NCBI GenBank assembly: GCA_028023455.1
Contig: JAQFVV010000005.1
Span: 19,344,001-19,408,000 of the forward strand
Source of the DNA: Epiperipatus broadwayi
Lineage: Eukaryota; Animalia; Onychophora
DNA length: 64,000 bases
Direction: 5' to 3'
A model generated the notes under the pieces. It did no database searches. It had not been told where the DNA came from and saw only the letters and a list, made by a program, of their open reading frames with translations. Below, piece after piece: positions 62,565-64,000 of this stretch; the first letter of the stretch is position 1; every line of letters starts with the position of its first letter. Made by a program: the position numbers and the translations under genes.

Positions 62565-63102
62565 TTAGGAAGGTTACAATATATATCATATTAATGCAAT
62601 AATTATATATATTTTTTAAAAACTTACACTTACTATCAGATTTTTTTAAAAATATATAATCCTGTCTAATAATTAATTTATTAATAAAAAAAATAAACAC
62701 TTAATTGCTTATAACAGTATTGTCTTTCAATTGTTGCTGGAAAAATACCCCCTTTTTTTTTTAAACATTAAAACTTAACCCCCTCCCTCATGCCACCTTT
62801 TCTCATTTTCCTATAAATTTAATAAAAAGTTGCAAGGAAAAAAATCTTAAATTTATAGAAAATGAAAAAAGGCAGAGAGAGGGGATTAAGTTTTAATGTT
62901 TAAAAAAGTTTTTTTTATTTATTTTCCTAGCCATAATTGAAAGACAAAAGTGTCCTAAGAAATTAAATGTCGATTTATTTATTTTTTTTATTAATAAATT
63001 AATTTTTGGACAGGATTATATATTTTTTAAAAATCTGATAATATGCGTAATTTTTAAATATATATATAATTATTGCATTAATGTAATATATAGGTGTCCT
63101 AA
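62565..63102. mobile_element. Fold-back/MITE with ~250-bp diverged arms
   Basis: attaatgcaataattatatata...atcagattt..aaaaatatataatcctgtc...tgtctttcaatt...taaacattaaaacttaacccc...cctataaattta is mirrored at ~62850-63102. Confidence 0.8.
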
Positions 63103-64000
63103 CTAATCATTAAGTACCAATTCAATTATCTTTTTTGATAAATTTATAAAAAAACACCAGATACTAATCAATTAAGTGTTATTTATGTTTATGTACATTA
63201 AAAAATAAAAATTTTAAAAACATTTTTTGATATTTTTTTTATATTGTTCTACTTTCATACATGTTTCAGGAACCAATTAGGTACGAAAGTCGAGGACTAC
63301 CTGTATATCTATTAATAATGATAAATAAGCATCTAAAAATATTTTATTATTTTATTACAGCTAATGGATCAACAAGAAAATAGTGTTTTAAGTAATGATC
63401 TTCTAATGGATGAATAATAAAAGTGTTTCAAAAAATGATATTATTCCTAAAAAATTGGACAGTAAAAAAATTGTGACATTTATATGCATGAAATGTTTTC
63501 ATCTATTAGAAAATTATCTAAAAACTTTTCAGTTTTAAGTCTAATTTATTTAATAAAAATCATTTTGATTATTTATATTTATAATTACAGTGGTAGTGGA
63601 AACTATACTATATTATATTTCAAACTCCCCTCGCGTATAAACATATAGTGTATAATAGTCACATTTTGTTTGATAAATATTGATTAAATACAACACATTG
63701 TTTGTTGAACTACAAGTGTTCAGTCCAACATGCACATATATTACTACAGACACTTTATTTGTATAGTATGTATATGTAAATTAAGATTATAGTCTAAACA
63801 AAATTTTTAAAAATAATGTTATTAATATTAAATTGAAAGGACAGATTTACATATAATTTTACTGAAGGTGTGTTCATTCATTTATTCATTCATTCAATAA
63901 AGCAATATGAATAATAAAAAAAAAAAACTTAACTGCTATATTTTTATTTTTAAAATAAAATAAATAGCAAAATGTCAGACTTTCATTGTAATTAAACATG

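Noticed and set aside
63255-63540. Plus-strand splice-like sites followed by MDQQENSVLSNDLLMDE
   Set aside because: In-frame stops follow immediately and there is no recognisable product.

Overview
Very AT-rich, CpG-poor animal genomic DNA, probably invertebrate; the taxon cannot be fixed from sequence alone. One host gene is clear: the last five coding exons of an oxysterol-binding protein (OSBP) gene on the minus strand (42807 down to the stop at 29154). They encode 365 aa of the ORD lipid-binding domain, including the EQVSHHPP signature, with GT-AG introns and consistent phases. I found no upstream PH/FFAT exons in the remaining 21 kb. Most other sequence is transposon debris: RTE-type LINEs, piggyBac, hAT, mariner, gypsy-like and possibly Polinton relics, several fold-back/MITE elements, and a tRNA-Gly-derived element whose anticodon now reads Val. 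Two things stand out. (1) The OSBP introns contain non-coding repeats built around a minimal type I hammerhead ribozyme (CUGAUGA-stem II-GAAA-NUH): a 401-nt tandem unit, a 467-nt unit and a tail-to-tail copy with a 13-bp TSD. These look like Penelope-associated retrozymes. The two families show compensatory stem changes, and both copies on the OSBP-transcribed strand have catalytic-core lesions. (2) A 3.8-kb L1/Tx1-like insertion with a 20-bp TSD carries only a gag-like ORF1 and no reverse transcriptase. TE relic boundaries are approximate, and family calls rest on manual translation, not database searches.
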